Assembly: GCF_009914755.1 (NCBI RefSeq)
Contig: NC_060945.1
Origin: the human T2T-CHM13v2.0 reference genome, Homo sapiens
Length of the DNA stretch: 64,000 nt
Direction: 5' to 3' (one strand)
Every line of letters begins with the position of its first letter. The stretch's first letter is position 1. The position numbers and the translations under genes are program-made. Below are positions 25,818 to 39,049 of the stretch, in pieces. The notes beneath the pieces were generated by a model. The model had not been told where the DNA came from, did no database searches, and saw nothing but the letters and a program-made list of their open reading frames with translations.

Positions 25818-26699
25818 CTGAAAAGAAAAGATTTGTTGTTTGGAGTAAGATAGAAAAAATGACATCAACAATGCATTCCAAATATTGTAATTTCCCAAAC
25901 ACTTATGTCAGATATCATTTTACACAAGTGGTTTCATATTGCTTAAAAGCTTGGTAGACAGTGAAATATGAAAACATATTCATATTCAAGTAGAGAAAGA
26001 GTAGTGTTTATGGTAACCCACACACATTCTGATTATTGGCAAACATTCATATAGATAAATCTCCCTTTTGCTTGATAATGAGTGACCATATAAAAAAATC
26101 AAAGCAAAATACAAAAGGATAAGAATCTACAGGAACAAACTGTCCAATTAAAGAATCAATGGAAGACTTTGACCTGCAGCGACAAATTGTTCAATTGATC
26201 CAATATATGTAACCGTAATCTGAAGCCTAAGAAACAGTACAGTAGAATAAATAAAAATGCTGGATTTCAGAGGAAGGACACATTTTTGAAAGTGTTCTCT
26301 TCCATGAAACCAAAGAAGATTTAAAGAACCAATTTGGCATCTTCAATAAGATGCACAGAATAGGGATTGGGCTGAACCTATGGGCATGGTGGGCTCCAAA
26401 ATCCAAGGCAGGTAGTTGTGGTTGAGACCTATGCTCCTGTAGTTAGTGTTCCCTTGCAAGTATTTCATGCAAGACGGAGACCAGAAACAAAACCATGGCC
26501 TGAAGTCAGGTTGTAGAGAGGCCTAAGTTACCTCTGAGAGGAAGCTGAGGCTGAAAGAAATGGAACTATGTTGTTGGCTAGACACAGTTTATAGAGTCCT
26601 CTGGGCTCAGGGAAGTAAAAGGAAAAAGGAGTCTTCTACAGTGAATTGATCTGACTTATTTTTATCACCAATGTCACTACAGAGCTGAAGCCAAAACAA

Positions 26700-27270
26700 G
26701 AAGGCAGGGAGAGCCCAAAGGAAAAAACAAAAGAAGAAACCCTGAAACTTCTGTCTCAAAATGACCCTGAGAGCCAAAGAACATCTATCGCTAAGAATGG
26801 CAGCCAACAAAATGAAAACTCAAAATATGAATTCACTCCAGATAAAAGTGACTTTTTTGGAAGAGTTTGACGTAGACTTTGAAATAAGCACATTCAGGAT
26901 AATCAATGAACAAAAAGTGAGCATTATAAGAGAACAAGAAAAAATAAAGAAAAAAAGACATGAAATAACTACATATCAACATAGAAAGAATCAATTTTAA
27001 ATTGTCAATAAAATTAAACAGCCTATTGAATGATTGATTAAAAATGAAGAATAAATTTAGTGTTTCCAAGATGTACTAAGAAAAATTCTAGGAAAAGAGA
27101 ATGGAGAGATTAGCCAGGAGGCTAACTTTGAAAATTATAAAAGGAGTATTTTGGGTGTTTTTGAAATGAGCAAACATTAGAATCTTCAGGTGGAATTCCC
27201 ACTATAAATACTGATCAGAGAGAAAAATATATTACTATGCTCATTAATAAGAAAATTTAAAATCACAGAA
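26700..27270 (+). mobile_element. Very old L1 ORF1/HAL1-like fragment
   Basis: A-rich ORF1-like text (gactttgaaataagcacattcagg, gaatcttcaggtggaa). Confidence 0.45.
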
Positions 27271-27399
27271 ATCTTCATGGCAGAGCAGGCATAGTAGGCA
27301 TATGCAAGTCTTAGGCAAGTGTTCATTGCATAGCAAGCAGTGCACGTCTTAGCAATGCAAGTCCTCCCGAATATATCTTAGATATAATTATATAATTCC

Positions 27400-28180
27400 A
27401 ACCCAAATCCCAGCAGACTGTTTATCTTGGAACTTAATAAGATAATCTTACCTTCTTTATGTTGGGAAAAATGTTTCCCAAGGACTCCTTCCCTGTATGG
27501 TTCCATATTTGAGTTGTCCAAAAGAGGATTGCATGCAAAATTTGAAAGATGGGAGCAAACAAGCAGCCATTACTTTCTGAAGGTGACCATAATGAAATGC
27601 ACGGACAGACAGACACAAAAGTGCTTGTCTTTATTCTCCTATGCTTTGTGTCCAGCTCTTTTTTTTTTTTTTTCCTGGCTGATAGCCCTGGTGACCATGT
27701 GTGACTCCAGGTTACCAAACTCTTAACATGGACTCAAAGAGGTAACAGCTTCTCCATCACCTTCCTCTTCATATTCCAACTTTGGAGGTGAGATGTGTTT
27801 GGCCTCTAGGCCGATGAACTGGAAATTTCTCTTATTCTTTAGCTTCACCTACTTCAGTTATTTATTGCTGCTTATCTAGCTATTACCCTTACTCTTTCCA
27901 ACATTATTTTGCTTGCAATTGTGTGGGTAAGGAACTCAGAAAGGGCTAGGCTTGACAATTCTCCTCTCACTCAAATGGTGGTTACTAGAGTGTTCACTTG
28001 CAAATTGTTGCCACTCACTCACATATCTGGTGCCTTGGGCTCCTTCTCTCTTTATCCATGTAGCATCTCATCTTCTGAGGACTCTTCATATAGCATGGGC
28101 TTTTCACCTGATAGTCATTCTTTACATAGTAGCTGAATTCTAAGGAGCAGGAAGCAGAAGCAACCAAGCTCTCCTGGCTC
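27400..28180. mobile_element. Old ERVL/MaLR LTR fragments (LTR33-like followed by MLT1-like)
   Basis: tttcccaaggactccttccctgtatggttcc; ctcactcacatatctggtgccttgg. Confidence 0.45.
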
Positions 28181-28269
28181 CTACTACATTTTCTCTCACA
28201 GGCATTTCCCCTCTACTGTTTTGCATGTTTAATTTTGTCTTAGTATCTGTTTCAAAAAGGTTCAGGAAT

Positions 28270-29125
28270 AGTATAGACTTCATGCCAATAAATTTGACAG
28301 CTTAGATAAAACAGACATATTCCTTGAAATACACAAAAAGGGAAAGCATGTCTAAAACACAGATGTGATAGTTAATATTGAGTGTCAACTTGAGTGGATT
28401 GAAGGATGCAAAGTATTGTCCCTGGGTGTGACTATGAGGGTGTTGCCAAAGGAGATTAACATTTGAGTCAGTGGACTGGGAAAGGCAGACCCGTCCTCAA
28501 TCTGGGTGGGCACAATCTAATCAGCTGCCAGCATGGCCAGAATAAAAGCAGGCAGAAGAACACTAAAAAACTAGACTGGCTTAGCCTCCCAGACTACATC
28601 TTTCTCCTCTGCTGGATGACTCCTGCCCTCGAACATCAGACTCCAAGTTCTTCATCTTTGGGACTTGGACTGGCTTCTCTGCTCCTCAGCTTGCAGACGG
28701 CCAATGTGGGACCTCACCTTGTGATCCTGTGAGTCAATGCTCCTTAATAAACTCCCCTTTGTGTATACATCTATCCTGTTAGTTCTGTCCCTCTAGAGAA
28801 CTCTGACGAATACAATAGATAACTTGAATGGCCCTAAATAAATAAAAAAACTTACATTCATACTTTAAAGCTATCAAAGAAAAGGACAGACACAGGTAGA
28901 TTCACAGGTGAACTCTGCCAAACATTTAAATTATGAATAATCGTTATTCTGCACATAAGGGGGGAATTCCCAACTCATTTTATAAGGCCATCATCATCTT
29001 GTTATCAAAACCAGACAACTCCACTACAAGTAGAGAAACCAGACTAATTGCCAATTAATATATACATAGAAAGTCTAAACAAAATTTTAGCAAACAGAAT
29101 CCAGAAATATACAAAAAAGATAATA
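28270..29125 (+). mobile_element. L1 ORF2 fragment split by MLT2A
   Basis: gccaataaatttgacagcttagataaaa...caactcattttataaggccatcatcatcttgttatcaaaaccagac. Confidence 0.8.
28364..28814 (+). mobile_element. MLT2A (HERVL) solo LTR
   Basis: tgtgatagttaatattgagtgtcaacttga...ctctagagaactctgacgaataca; TSD acaga/ataga. Confidence 0.93.
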
Positions 29126-29127
29126 TT

Positions 29128-29440
29128 TATGATTGTTAATTTTATGTGCCAACTTGACACATAAAATTACAGAGTTCCCAGATATTTGTAAAACATTATT
29201 CTGGGTGGTGTGTCTGTGTGTTTTGGATGAGATTACCATTTACACTGATAAACTTAATAAAGAAGATTGCTCTTGCTCATCTGAGTGGGCCACATACAAT
29301 CAGTTGAAAGCCTGCATAGAACAAAAAGGCTGACCCTCCTCCAAGTAAGGATAATCCCTGCTGCCAGACTGCCTTTCAACTGGAGTATCAGTGTTTTCTT
29401 GCCTTCAGCCTTGAACTAAATCATCGGCCATTCCTAAATC
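29128..29440 (+). mobile_element. MLT2 (D-like) LTR 5' fragment
   Basis: gttaattttatgtgccaacttgac...cccagatatttg...ttttggatgagatta. Confidence 0.75.
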
Positions 29441-29856
29441 TCTGTACTTCATCAGGTACTACTGTATAGATAACTCAAGTAATTTTTGTATTGTAATTCC
29501 AATAATTAGTTAGGCCTGACATGTAGCTCAGATAATCACCATAAGTTTTCTCTCTTCTGAAAACATTTGAGGCATACAAGATATCAGTGAAAATTCATCA
29601 CTTTTGCAGTGAACAACTACCCAATTTGTATTATGTTTCTAGTTACACTATGTACTACTCAACAATAGAGCTGATCTTTGAATATCAGAAATATACAGTG
29701 CTTTCCTTGTAGTTTTGTTATTCCATGGAACTGTAATATTCCCTGTCAAGTGTATTTTTCATCCCTGGACAGTAACTATGTCTTTAATTTCTCTCATTGG
29801 ATGTAAAAGTTTATATGTGCATGATAATGTGATATTGGCAAAAGGATTTTTTTACT

Positions 29857-29953
29857 AAGATAATTTGAAATAACTATTATATATACGCCATATAATGCTT
29901 CCACGAAGATAATTTGAATTAACTATTATATATATGCCATATAATGCTTCCAC
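29857..29953. repeat. 49-bp period tandem duplication (2 copies, 2 mismatches)
   Basis: aagataatttgaa(a/t)taactattatatata(c/t)gccatataatgcttccac twice. Confidence 0.92.
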
Positions 29954-30708
29954 TGTTTTTATTAACAACTTATTTAAATACAGAAATTTCATGATATTAC
30001 AAGGTTTCTGCACAAGAAATCACATATATCCGAAACTTGTTCAGCTGTCTACAGCAAAGATTCATTTTTCTCTTATCGTTTTGATATCCAAAATGTTACC
30101 CGGCATGTATATCAATAGCTCTGTTACTATCATATGTTGTTCTTGTTTGAACACAGGCACTTTAAACTGTTCAAATTTCAGTAAAATGGTGCCTGTCATC
30201 TACTTTTATATTTTAAGAAAACATAAATGTATTGGAACCCTTTGTTGCTGTGAAGTTGTTCCCCTACTACACGTGAAATTGAGTGTAAATATTGTGAACT
30301 ATTCAATTTAATATGGAATATTTATGAAACATACAAAATTCATATTTATGATGAGCATATTCATTCAGATCAAAGAGAAACTTTACAGGAATTGATAACT
30401 GAGTGCAATGATCACATTTGTCAGGGTCTAAATGACCAGTAGTAAGCTTGCTATTTGTGTTTGAAGTTCAACTCCCAATCTAATATCTCAGAAAACTGAA
30501 ATTTCTTTTGGAAACTATTTCACATTTTAACTCAATTTCTCCATACAACGTAGTTAGCCTCAAGCCTATATCATGGTGGGGCAAATTGATCCCATAGAAA
30601 CGACTCCATTCTGACAAAAACAAGAAGACCAAACCACTGCTTTCTAGGAATAGGCTCAGATTTTTTTAAATCAATGCTTAAAAAAGTATCAGGACCTTAA
30701 ACCAGTAC

Positions 30709-30787
30709 CGCGCTGGGCTGGTTCCTATTGGGTTGCAAAAGTGATTGTGCAAATCTTTTCCCAACTTTATATTCAGGGACACTATGC
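30709..30787 (-). pseudogene. Candidate exon C (two open frames: IVSLNIKLGKDLHNHFCNPIGTSPA / HSVPEYKVGKRFAQSLLQPNRNQPSA)
   Basis: Acceptor accaatatcag, donor GCG|gtactg, retained CpGs. Confidence 0.4.
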
Positions 30788-31036
30788 CTGATATTGGTTG
30801 TAGTAGAAGTATTACCACTGTAGAGTTTGGCAACCGTTACAAATCATGGCTTTTAAAAAGATAAGTGTCCCACAACCCTAATCCAAGCTTCTTAGACTAG
30901 TTTTCAAAATTGAACCATTCATGGTAAATACAGAGAATGTATAAGTGATTGATTATATAAAGCAAGTACAATCACCTTTATAAGAAAGAAATGACGTATC
31001 ACAAATAACTAGCTCTTTTAGGATTGTGTCACACAC

Positions 31037-31105
31037 CTATCCATGTGGGAATCTGAAGAGTTGATTTTATATATAGACTTGTCAACTTTGGAATAATTAG
31101 ATGCC
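31037..31105 (-). pseudogene. Candidate exon B (two open frames: HLIIPKLTSLYIKSTLQIPTWI / ASNYSKVDKSIYKINSSDSHMD)
   Basis: Acceptor ccatgccatatag, donor TAG|gtgtgt, 69 nt phase-symmetric. Confidence 0.45.
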
Positions 31106-31539
31106 CTATATGGCATGGTGTAGTTCATTGATTTTTCCAGAACAATGAGGTAGGTAATAAATGTGTTTAAAATTTTAAAAACTAAAGAAAGGAACATTAG
31201 CAAAACAAAAACAAAAACAAAACCACACCCTCCTTCCCTCCTTTCTAATGTGCAGGGTATTTATGGAGGAAAGTGTGGTAATTTAATTAGAATTTACTTA
31301 TTTTATAAAAATGTTCAATTCTAGAAGAAACTTTGCTTTCAACTGTGTGTAGTATGCATGAGCCATTTTCTTTTGCATTTTCAAAAGGCAAAACAGCCAG
31401 TTTAATGTTCTCCTACAAGATAAAAATCATTTGAACAACATATATCTAATCATTGTCTGACTACTCATCAACTGCAATCACGTCCTGACAACCTTACTTT
31501 ATTTCTCATCTGCTTTTAACACCACTTCCTTCACTGCTA

Positions 31540-31700
31540 GTCCAAGGATTGGCAAACATTTTTTTGTAAAGAATCGGATAGTATGTTAAGCTGTGTAAGC
31601 CAAGTACAGACTTTGTGACATGCATATTCTATTCTATTTCTCTTTTCTTGTCTTCTTAAAAGGAAAATTGTTTAAAATCCTTTAAAAATGTAATAACTGG
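31540..31700. mobile_element. Possible MER58-like hAT fragment
   Basis: ccaaggattggcaaacatttttttgtaaag terminal motif. Confidence 0.45.
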
Positions 31701-31900
31701 CAGTATTTAACCTGTAAGGAAAGCATACTTTGGTTATCTCTATCTAATCTAGCATTTTCTATTGTGGCATGCGTATTCTATTCTATTTCTCTTTTCTCGT
31801 CTTCTTAAATGGAAAATTGTTTAATATCCTTTAAAAATGTAATAACTGGCAGTATTTAACCTGTAAGGAAAGCATACTTTGGTTATCTCTGTCTAATCTA
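31613..31900. repeat. Tandem duplication, two 139-bp copies (period 149, ~6 mismatches)
   Basis: 31613-31751 versus 31762-31900. Confidence 0.93.
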
Positions 31901-33178
31901 CTCTCTTGTGCCCACTTTTACTTACTCACATGTCTTTTCCCAACAGCATTCTGTCACACCTCCTAATAGTTTTGCTCATCATTCCTGCCTTTTGTCCGAG
32001 ATACTCATATTCTCCCCTATTATAAGCACTGCACATTCTCAGATTTTTTATTTTGTGGTCAAAACACATATAACTTTCCACTTTGGCTATCAGCCTTTCT
32101 TTCATTGTTTCTTTTTCATCCTCTGCCAACCTCTCTTTTAAATATTAGAAAGTATCCTAGTTTCTATTTTGTGGTGACCTATTCTGTTATTCTTGCGTGT
32201 AAAGTGAATTATTTACCTCTCTCTCTCTTTGATTTTATTCGTTACCTTTCTTGGTTTGCTCTTCATTATTTATCTCTCTTCTTGTAGAAGTCTATCTTGT
32301 TTCCTCTTCTGATAATTTTCCTCTCCTATGTTTATTTTTGTTTACCCTTTCACATCCCATACAATGTTTCTACTAACAGCTACACAACAATTCCTTCAAA
32401 GAAGAGCTCTCAATAAAAATGTCTTTATTTATTATCATTGCTTTATACATAACTTCTGTCTTTTACGCTTTTCCATTTGTAGAAAGAAAACACACAATCC
32501 CATGTAAATGCTTCTCACTTTTCTTTAAATAGCATTAAGATTTTTTCTTATGAGCATCCCTGAAAAACCGCATAAATGCTTAGCAAATTATGTGAAAAAA
32601 AAAAAAAGATAGGGTTAGAAATCTGCTGTTTAAGCCTCCCTCAGATTTTTCTTTTAGAGATATTTTCCTGGAAGGCCTTGGACATTTATTTTAAATGGGG
32701 GATTGTTACAAAAAGAAATAAAGCCCATTTAACCAAAACTAGAGAATAAAAACTATCCCCCTGCATAACCTTAAAAGAGCACAAAGAAAAGCTTTGGTTT
32801 TGAAAATGTGAATAATTAGTATACTTTAAAATTTTTCACATTATTCTGTATACATTCATACAGATTCAAATAGTATTATAAAATATTCTCACAATTTTTC
32901 AAAAATATAAAATGTCTTATAAAAAAGTGAGAAAGTTTTTATTTTCAACTTATTTTTATATACACCTTTAAGATATTTTCTTTAGCAAATGTTTCTCTCT
33001 AATTTGAATGGATGTTTACTGAATAAATCAAATTGGTTTTGCTTCATTGACATTACTATAAGCGAATTCCAGTAAATTTAAGACCACATTTTATGAAATG
33101 CATTCAAATAGAAAAGTCTATTATGTTATCAGAGTGCCCTTTGAACTTATTTTAAAGTTTGTGAAAAGTAACGATTAC

Positions 33179-33296
33179 CTTTTTTTAAAAAAAATCCCAA
33201 GTCTTTGAGGAAGCACTTGATGCGACACATTTTAAGAAGTAATGAGAACAAAAAAAGTGAAGAATGGCCTGCTTTTCAAAACAGCAATTTATTGGC
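33179..33296 (-). pseudogene. Candidate exon A with ATG at 33230 (MCRIKCFLKDLGFFLKK)
   Basis: Acceptor ccatttcttatctag, donor AAG|gtaatc, ATG with A at -3. Confidence 0.35.
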
Positions 33297-34524
33297 CTAG
33301 ATAAGAAATGGATTTTAAACTTGATAAGATTTTTAAACTTAGATGATTAACATATAATCATCTTCTAATAGACTTCTATTACTCCATCTGAGTGTTTAGT
33401 GTGAAATCTTTGTTAAACACATTTACGTGATAAATCTCCAAGTGCCACTTATCTTCTAAAATAAGTTGTGGTACAGGAAGTTCACATTCTCTTTCCTCTA
33501 GTTACTGAATAAAAGCACATATTTCAAATTTTCTCAGCTAGTTTTATGCATGAGAACTTTTCTGTATATTATTAAAGCCATATGTTACAAAATGGCTATT
33601 TCAAAGTAGATTAATAGATTATGTAATGCATAGGTCTAAATCATATTGATTTTAATTATTTTAACATTTCCCATTTTAATGTTTTCTATTTAAACTTAGA
33701 TATTGACTAATATACATTCACTTACTTTCTCTTATACTTAAGATGCTTTAAATAAGAAATATGGAATAATTTTTCAAAATAATTGAATTTGTTTCATTTT
33801 TTTCCTTTTAAGCAATGTTATCCAAAGTAATTTCCTAAGCCCCTCTGAATAAAGTTGTCTACTTAGGCTTATTTTGGAATTATAGAAAATTGCAGATAGA
33901 AGCAAATTAAAAAAAGAAGATTAAAAGATTATACTGGGGAGGGATCTGAAAAGAGAGGGAGATGAAGATACGGTAATGATAGTAATACTGTATTATACTA
34001 ACATTAGGATGGAAGGACCGGGGTCCCCAAGCTTACATAGCCTCTACTTTGGCACAGGACATTGTGTTCAGACCTCAACAGAAAGATACAAAACTATAGA
34101 CGATTATAATGTGTCATTAAATGAGATATGCACCGAGTTGTTTACAATAATGATATGTCTGAGATACCAATGCACTTCTAAGTATTTTTCCCCCACAAGT
34201 TTTACTAAAACACAGCTTTGTTATTACCTAAGATGGATAATTTCTCTGTAAGAAGAATGGACCTGCTTATTAGTAACATCTCCAAGATAAACTGCATCTA
34301 ATGCTGCCTTACCACATACACTGTTTTTGTTCAGCATAATCGTAAATATGAGCAATGGAACATAATATTAAATATTTCATGCCCAGCACTTAAAGAAGAG
34401 TGCCATCATTTTTTAAATGTAGAAAATCAAATAGAGACAAATGCTGCAATTATTGTATCCTACAAATAAGTTAAAGAACTGACATTAATGTTATGGTAGT
34501 CTGTGTCTATACTCCCCAATGCAT

Positions 34525-35310
34525 TGTTACAGGTAGGTAGATAGGCATGAGCAGGGGGAGGAGAAGGCTCTTCTCCCCTACCCACTAGGAATGTCAGGTG
34601 ATGGTTTGACAATTATCACACTGTCTCTCCAAAAATAATAATTCAGCAGCCGGCACAAAGGCTCCAGGGAAAGACAGTCTCCTGATAATCCACAGCTATA
34701 AACATAAAAGTCTTAATTGAACAGAGATGCCAGAGAGAAGCAACTTCCTGGTCATGTGCATTAGGAGACAAAATGGCGGCCAGGAACGGTGGCTCACATC
34801 TGTTATCCCAGCACTCTGGGAGGCGGAGGTGGGTGAATTACTTGAGGTCAGAAGTTCTAGACCAGTCTGGCCAACATGGTGAAACCCTGTCTCTACTGAA
34901 AACACCAAATAAATAAATAAATAAAATAGCCAAGCGTGGCACACACATGTAATCCCAGTTACTTGGGAGGCTCTCACTTGCATGCTGTCACTTCCCAATG
35001 GTAAGAAGGGCAGTGCACATGTGGGCAGCCCAGCCTAAGGGAAGAATCATGGGAAACAGGAGAGCCTATAAAGTCCTAGAATCACAGTTAAACGAGGCAC
35101 TTGACCTTCAGACACTTAACCTTCACATGCCTGCTTGGGTCTTTTCCAAGCATATCTTCCTTTCTTTCCTGTTCTAAAACCTTTTTAAATAAACTTCCAC
35201 TCCTGCTCTGAAACTCACCTGGGTCTCTTCTTCTGCCTTATACTCCTCAGTCGAATTCTTTCTTCTGAAGAGGCAGGAATTGAGGTAGCTGCAGATCTTT
35301 CCTCTGGTAA
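34525..35310 (+). mobile_element. ERV1 solo LTR, MER50-like, with nested truncated Alu
   Basis: tgttacaggtaggtagataggcatgagcaggg start; cctataaa; aataaacttccactcctgctctgaaac. Confidence 0.78.
34778..34972 (+). mobile_element. AluS, right arm deleted
   Basis: Left arm, A-rich linker and start of right arm, ending at ttgggaggct. Confidence 0.92.
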
Positions 35311-36143
35311 TTCCAGTATGGTGAAGACAGTATGGGTGAAAAATAAATTTGGAAGTTAGCACCCATGTGTAAGATTTTCAATAACTCTAAGTGCTGATTA
35401 TATGTATTTAGCAAAGTAAACCTTTTATTTTTGTTTTAACTTTTTTGTTGTTATCTAGACTGAAAACAATGCTCTTCTCAGGACACATTATTAAGACTTC
35501 TAAGACGCTTCTCTATTTATAAGAAGAATACATAAATGTCTACTATGTGAGTCACTAATTAACGAGGAAAACAAAATTACAGCTCAATTGTTCAACCTAT
35601 TTTCGATTTTTTAGTTTCCGCATATTTCTGTCTTTTCAACCATTGCCAGAGCTTCACAAGAGTAATTTGTGTGCATATCTGAATTTTGTAATCAACTTAT
35701 TTTTTTAAATATGATTTTATAATGCTCTTTCCTATAACTCATCCACTATTGAGGTGTTAAATTTCCATTCCTAAGACTGACCGTTATGAAGTTTCCCATT
35801 CTGACTACAGCCGAGCATTTTTCCTTTCTTTCGTGACATCTCTCAATGAATATGCATCCCCAGTAGAATGTTTATTGAAAAGCTTTTGTCCAAATGCTAT
35901 GCCTTTGCTCACGTCATTTCCCATGCCTGGAAATGCTTCCATAAGGGATTCTAGTCCAATCGTATCTATTATAAAGAGTTAGTTCAAGTCACATTTAACT
36001 CTGTCAAAGTCTTTCCATGTTGGCTCCTTGTCTATAATGTCTGAAATCTAGTTCATATCAAACGACCTATTAGATAGTTTAACCTACATTTTTTTTTGGA
36101 GTTATGTAACTATTGCTGTTAATTGTCTTTTTATGCATTTACA

Positions 36144-36472
36144 CAAGGGATTGCAGATCCAAATGTCCATGGTGGTCAGGTTGGTAATTTAGTGACTAAA
36201 TCAGCCAACTGTAATGCAGTACGCCTACACTGCAACAATGGGAGCAGCTGTTGCCACCTGCAGAATGTGCCAAGGAGCAGCCATTTCTCAGCTCCAGTCA
36301 ATTATTGTTCTGTAGAAATGCAAGGCTCATTGTTGCCAGATGTTTGTATTATAAGTAAATAAACAAGAAAGTTGACTTTTTAAATGTAAAATCCCCTGAA
36401 TTTTAGAAGTTGTTTCAGTTTTTAAAAACATTATAAAACTCATCCAGCCATAGGCTGCATGTATACAAACTC
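36144..36472. mobile_element. MER102-like hAT-Charlie element
   Basis: caagggattgcagatccaaatg...ctcagctccagtcaattattg...tgttgccagat. Confidence 0.6.
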
Positions 36473-36489
36473 TTATTTATATTCCTAAT

Positions 36490-36620
36490 CCATTCAACCA
36501 CACATTTAACAAATATGTATTGAATACTTTCCATGTATCAGGCACTGTGCAGATCACGAAGAATAGTGGTGAATAAGATAAAGCCCCTCTTCTAAAAAGT
36601 GTTTACAGTCAAATGTGAAC
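36490..36620 (-). mobile_element. L2 3' end
   Basis: catttaacaaatatgtattgaatac...caggcactgtgc. Confidence 0.75.
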
Positions 36621-38663
36621 ATATGCTACAACATTTTTCAGTCAGACACATCCTGATACATATTAAGTATTTTGATTTGATTTAGCAATAGAACAATGGC
36701 TAATATTAGAAATCTAACATGCTACAATAAAATCAGAACAAAATAGCAGAAGAAAAATCCCATAGGAAACAATGAAGATAAATAAAATAATAAACAGCTG
36801 TCTTTTCTCTTCATACACGTACATACATAGGCACATGTGGATATGAATAAAATAGACCAGACAATGCTATATTCTAACACCACTAAATCTTCTGTCATGC
36901 TCAACTACAACTGCAAAATATATTGAGATGTGAATATTGTGCTCCAAAGCAATATTCTGCAGGAATATTACTGTATTCTCACCGTTGAACAGATTTCAAC
37001 AAAGAATATCTTTGTGACATTTATAAATAGTCTATGGTTTTTTTTTCAAAATCTCAGATAAGGTAGTGTTGAAACATTGAGTAGCTTTACTAATGAGATA
37101 GTTTTCAATACAAAATAAGTAATTTTAAAATGTTTTATTTAAAAAAAAAGAGGGAATCAGTCACCTACAGAGTATGAAAGTGACCATATTCCCCAGAGAG
37201 TTTAAATTTACCTTTCTGGACTGGTCTTTTCTGAAAATAAGGAACATATTTGTGAAGCATTAAAAAAATCTTTTGCTTCCATAAATGTATGCAATCCTTT
37301 AACATTGTTTTATTCTGTTTTTTTTAATTACTCATTTTCATTTCACAATGCCCTACAGGTCTATCAGGTGAAGTAGTTAACAAATAAACAAAAAATAATA
37401 ATAATGGAAAGGAATGAGAATGGGGAAGAAAAAGACACATTTATTATATACTAAAAAAGTATTGGTTGCTCTTTTGCTCCTTCCCTTCCCTCACCTTCCA
37501 TTCTTCCTCTTCATCTTCTTCTCCTTCCTCCTCTTTTATTTCAAATGATCCTTCATAAGCCAAAAAATGGGTTATATAGAAAATTATCTTAATTTATCTC
37601 TCACATTTAAGTGCTGGAAAATGGTTTGTAAGTTTGATTGATGCAGAATATTTAAGAAAGTAACCAACAACTAAGTCTGTTTATTGAAAACAATTTTGTT
37701 TCACAGATCATTATAAAATCAAACTTAAAATGCAACAAAATATAAAGACTGTATTTATTACACAACAAAGGGGTGAAAAATGCTTTCATCTTCTTTAGAA
37801 TAGTTGCGTGCAGTTGGATTACAGTTAGAAGGTCAGCATCTCCTCCCCAATGGCCCCAAATCAGTTCTGATATGAAGAGCTGGAAACAGACAAGATTAAA
37901 CTCTGATTACTTCTTTGAGGATGAGATGTTTTTAAATCAGAGTTGGCAAACCCTGCCACGAGTGCATCTGTCAGGGATCAAACTCCGTTGGCATTAAGGT
38001 TCATTCTAAAACCCAAAATGTACTTCATTAAGTATTTCTCTTTAAAGCAATCATACTGACTCTATTCATAGCCAGAGCATAAGGTTTTGAAAGGTGTTAA
38101 TGATCAGTTTTTTAAAAAGTTCTTTGATGTCTAAAAAATTCTTGAAATAAGATCATTTAAAATTAATTGGAAGTGAAATTTACTAAAGGCAAATGTTCAC
38201 ACAAATCAATTAGTTCAGATTTGATCCCTAAAGCCAAATCCACAATTTCTAAATGGAGTCTAAACTTCAAAAATTATTTCTCCTTCCCCTCTGTAGAATA
38301 ATTTGAGACAACAATATAAAAATAAGATGATGTAATTAGACTTCAAATCCCAAATTCACATTGTAATATTCATGAGGTGTTCCTAGTTTCTCAATTCTTC
38401 TTGCATTAAATTATAAATGCTCATTAACCAAGGGAATGAGATGCAAGGTTTTCAGCCTTAAAGTGAAAAAGGTCATCTAAACCACTAACAGCTGAAAACA
38501 GAGACTAAGAAGAAAGATGTATTTAGGAGTTGAATAATACGTATTTACAGAGGCCTACAGTGTACTCTGCAGTTGAGATTGCTGGAATCTATTGAAAGAT
38601 TCAGGGATTGAGCTTATTTACCTATGCAGAAAGGATACTGAAAAAAGGAATAATAAGAAATAT

Positions 38664-38985
<322 letters not shown>

Positions 38986-39049
38986 TCACAATAATGAGTT
39001 GTAGAAGTGTTAAGCATAATAATAGATGTTCTATATATAGCATAACATG

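Noticed and set aside
29934-30311. 125-aa + strand ORF, and a minus-strand open stretch TILLKFEQFKVPVFKQEQHMIVTELLIYMP
   Set aside because: The + ORF starts in a tandem duplication and has no recognisable homology; the minus stretch lacks a credible acceptor
37911-38005. Possible upstream minus-strand exon
   Set aside because: Stops in all frames and weak donor; could be UTR but unsupported
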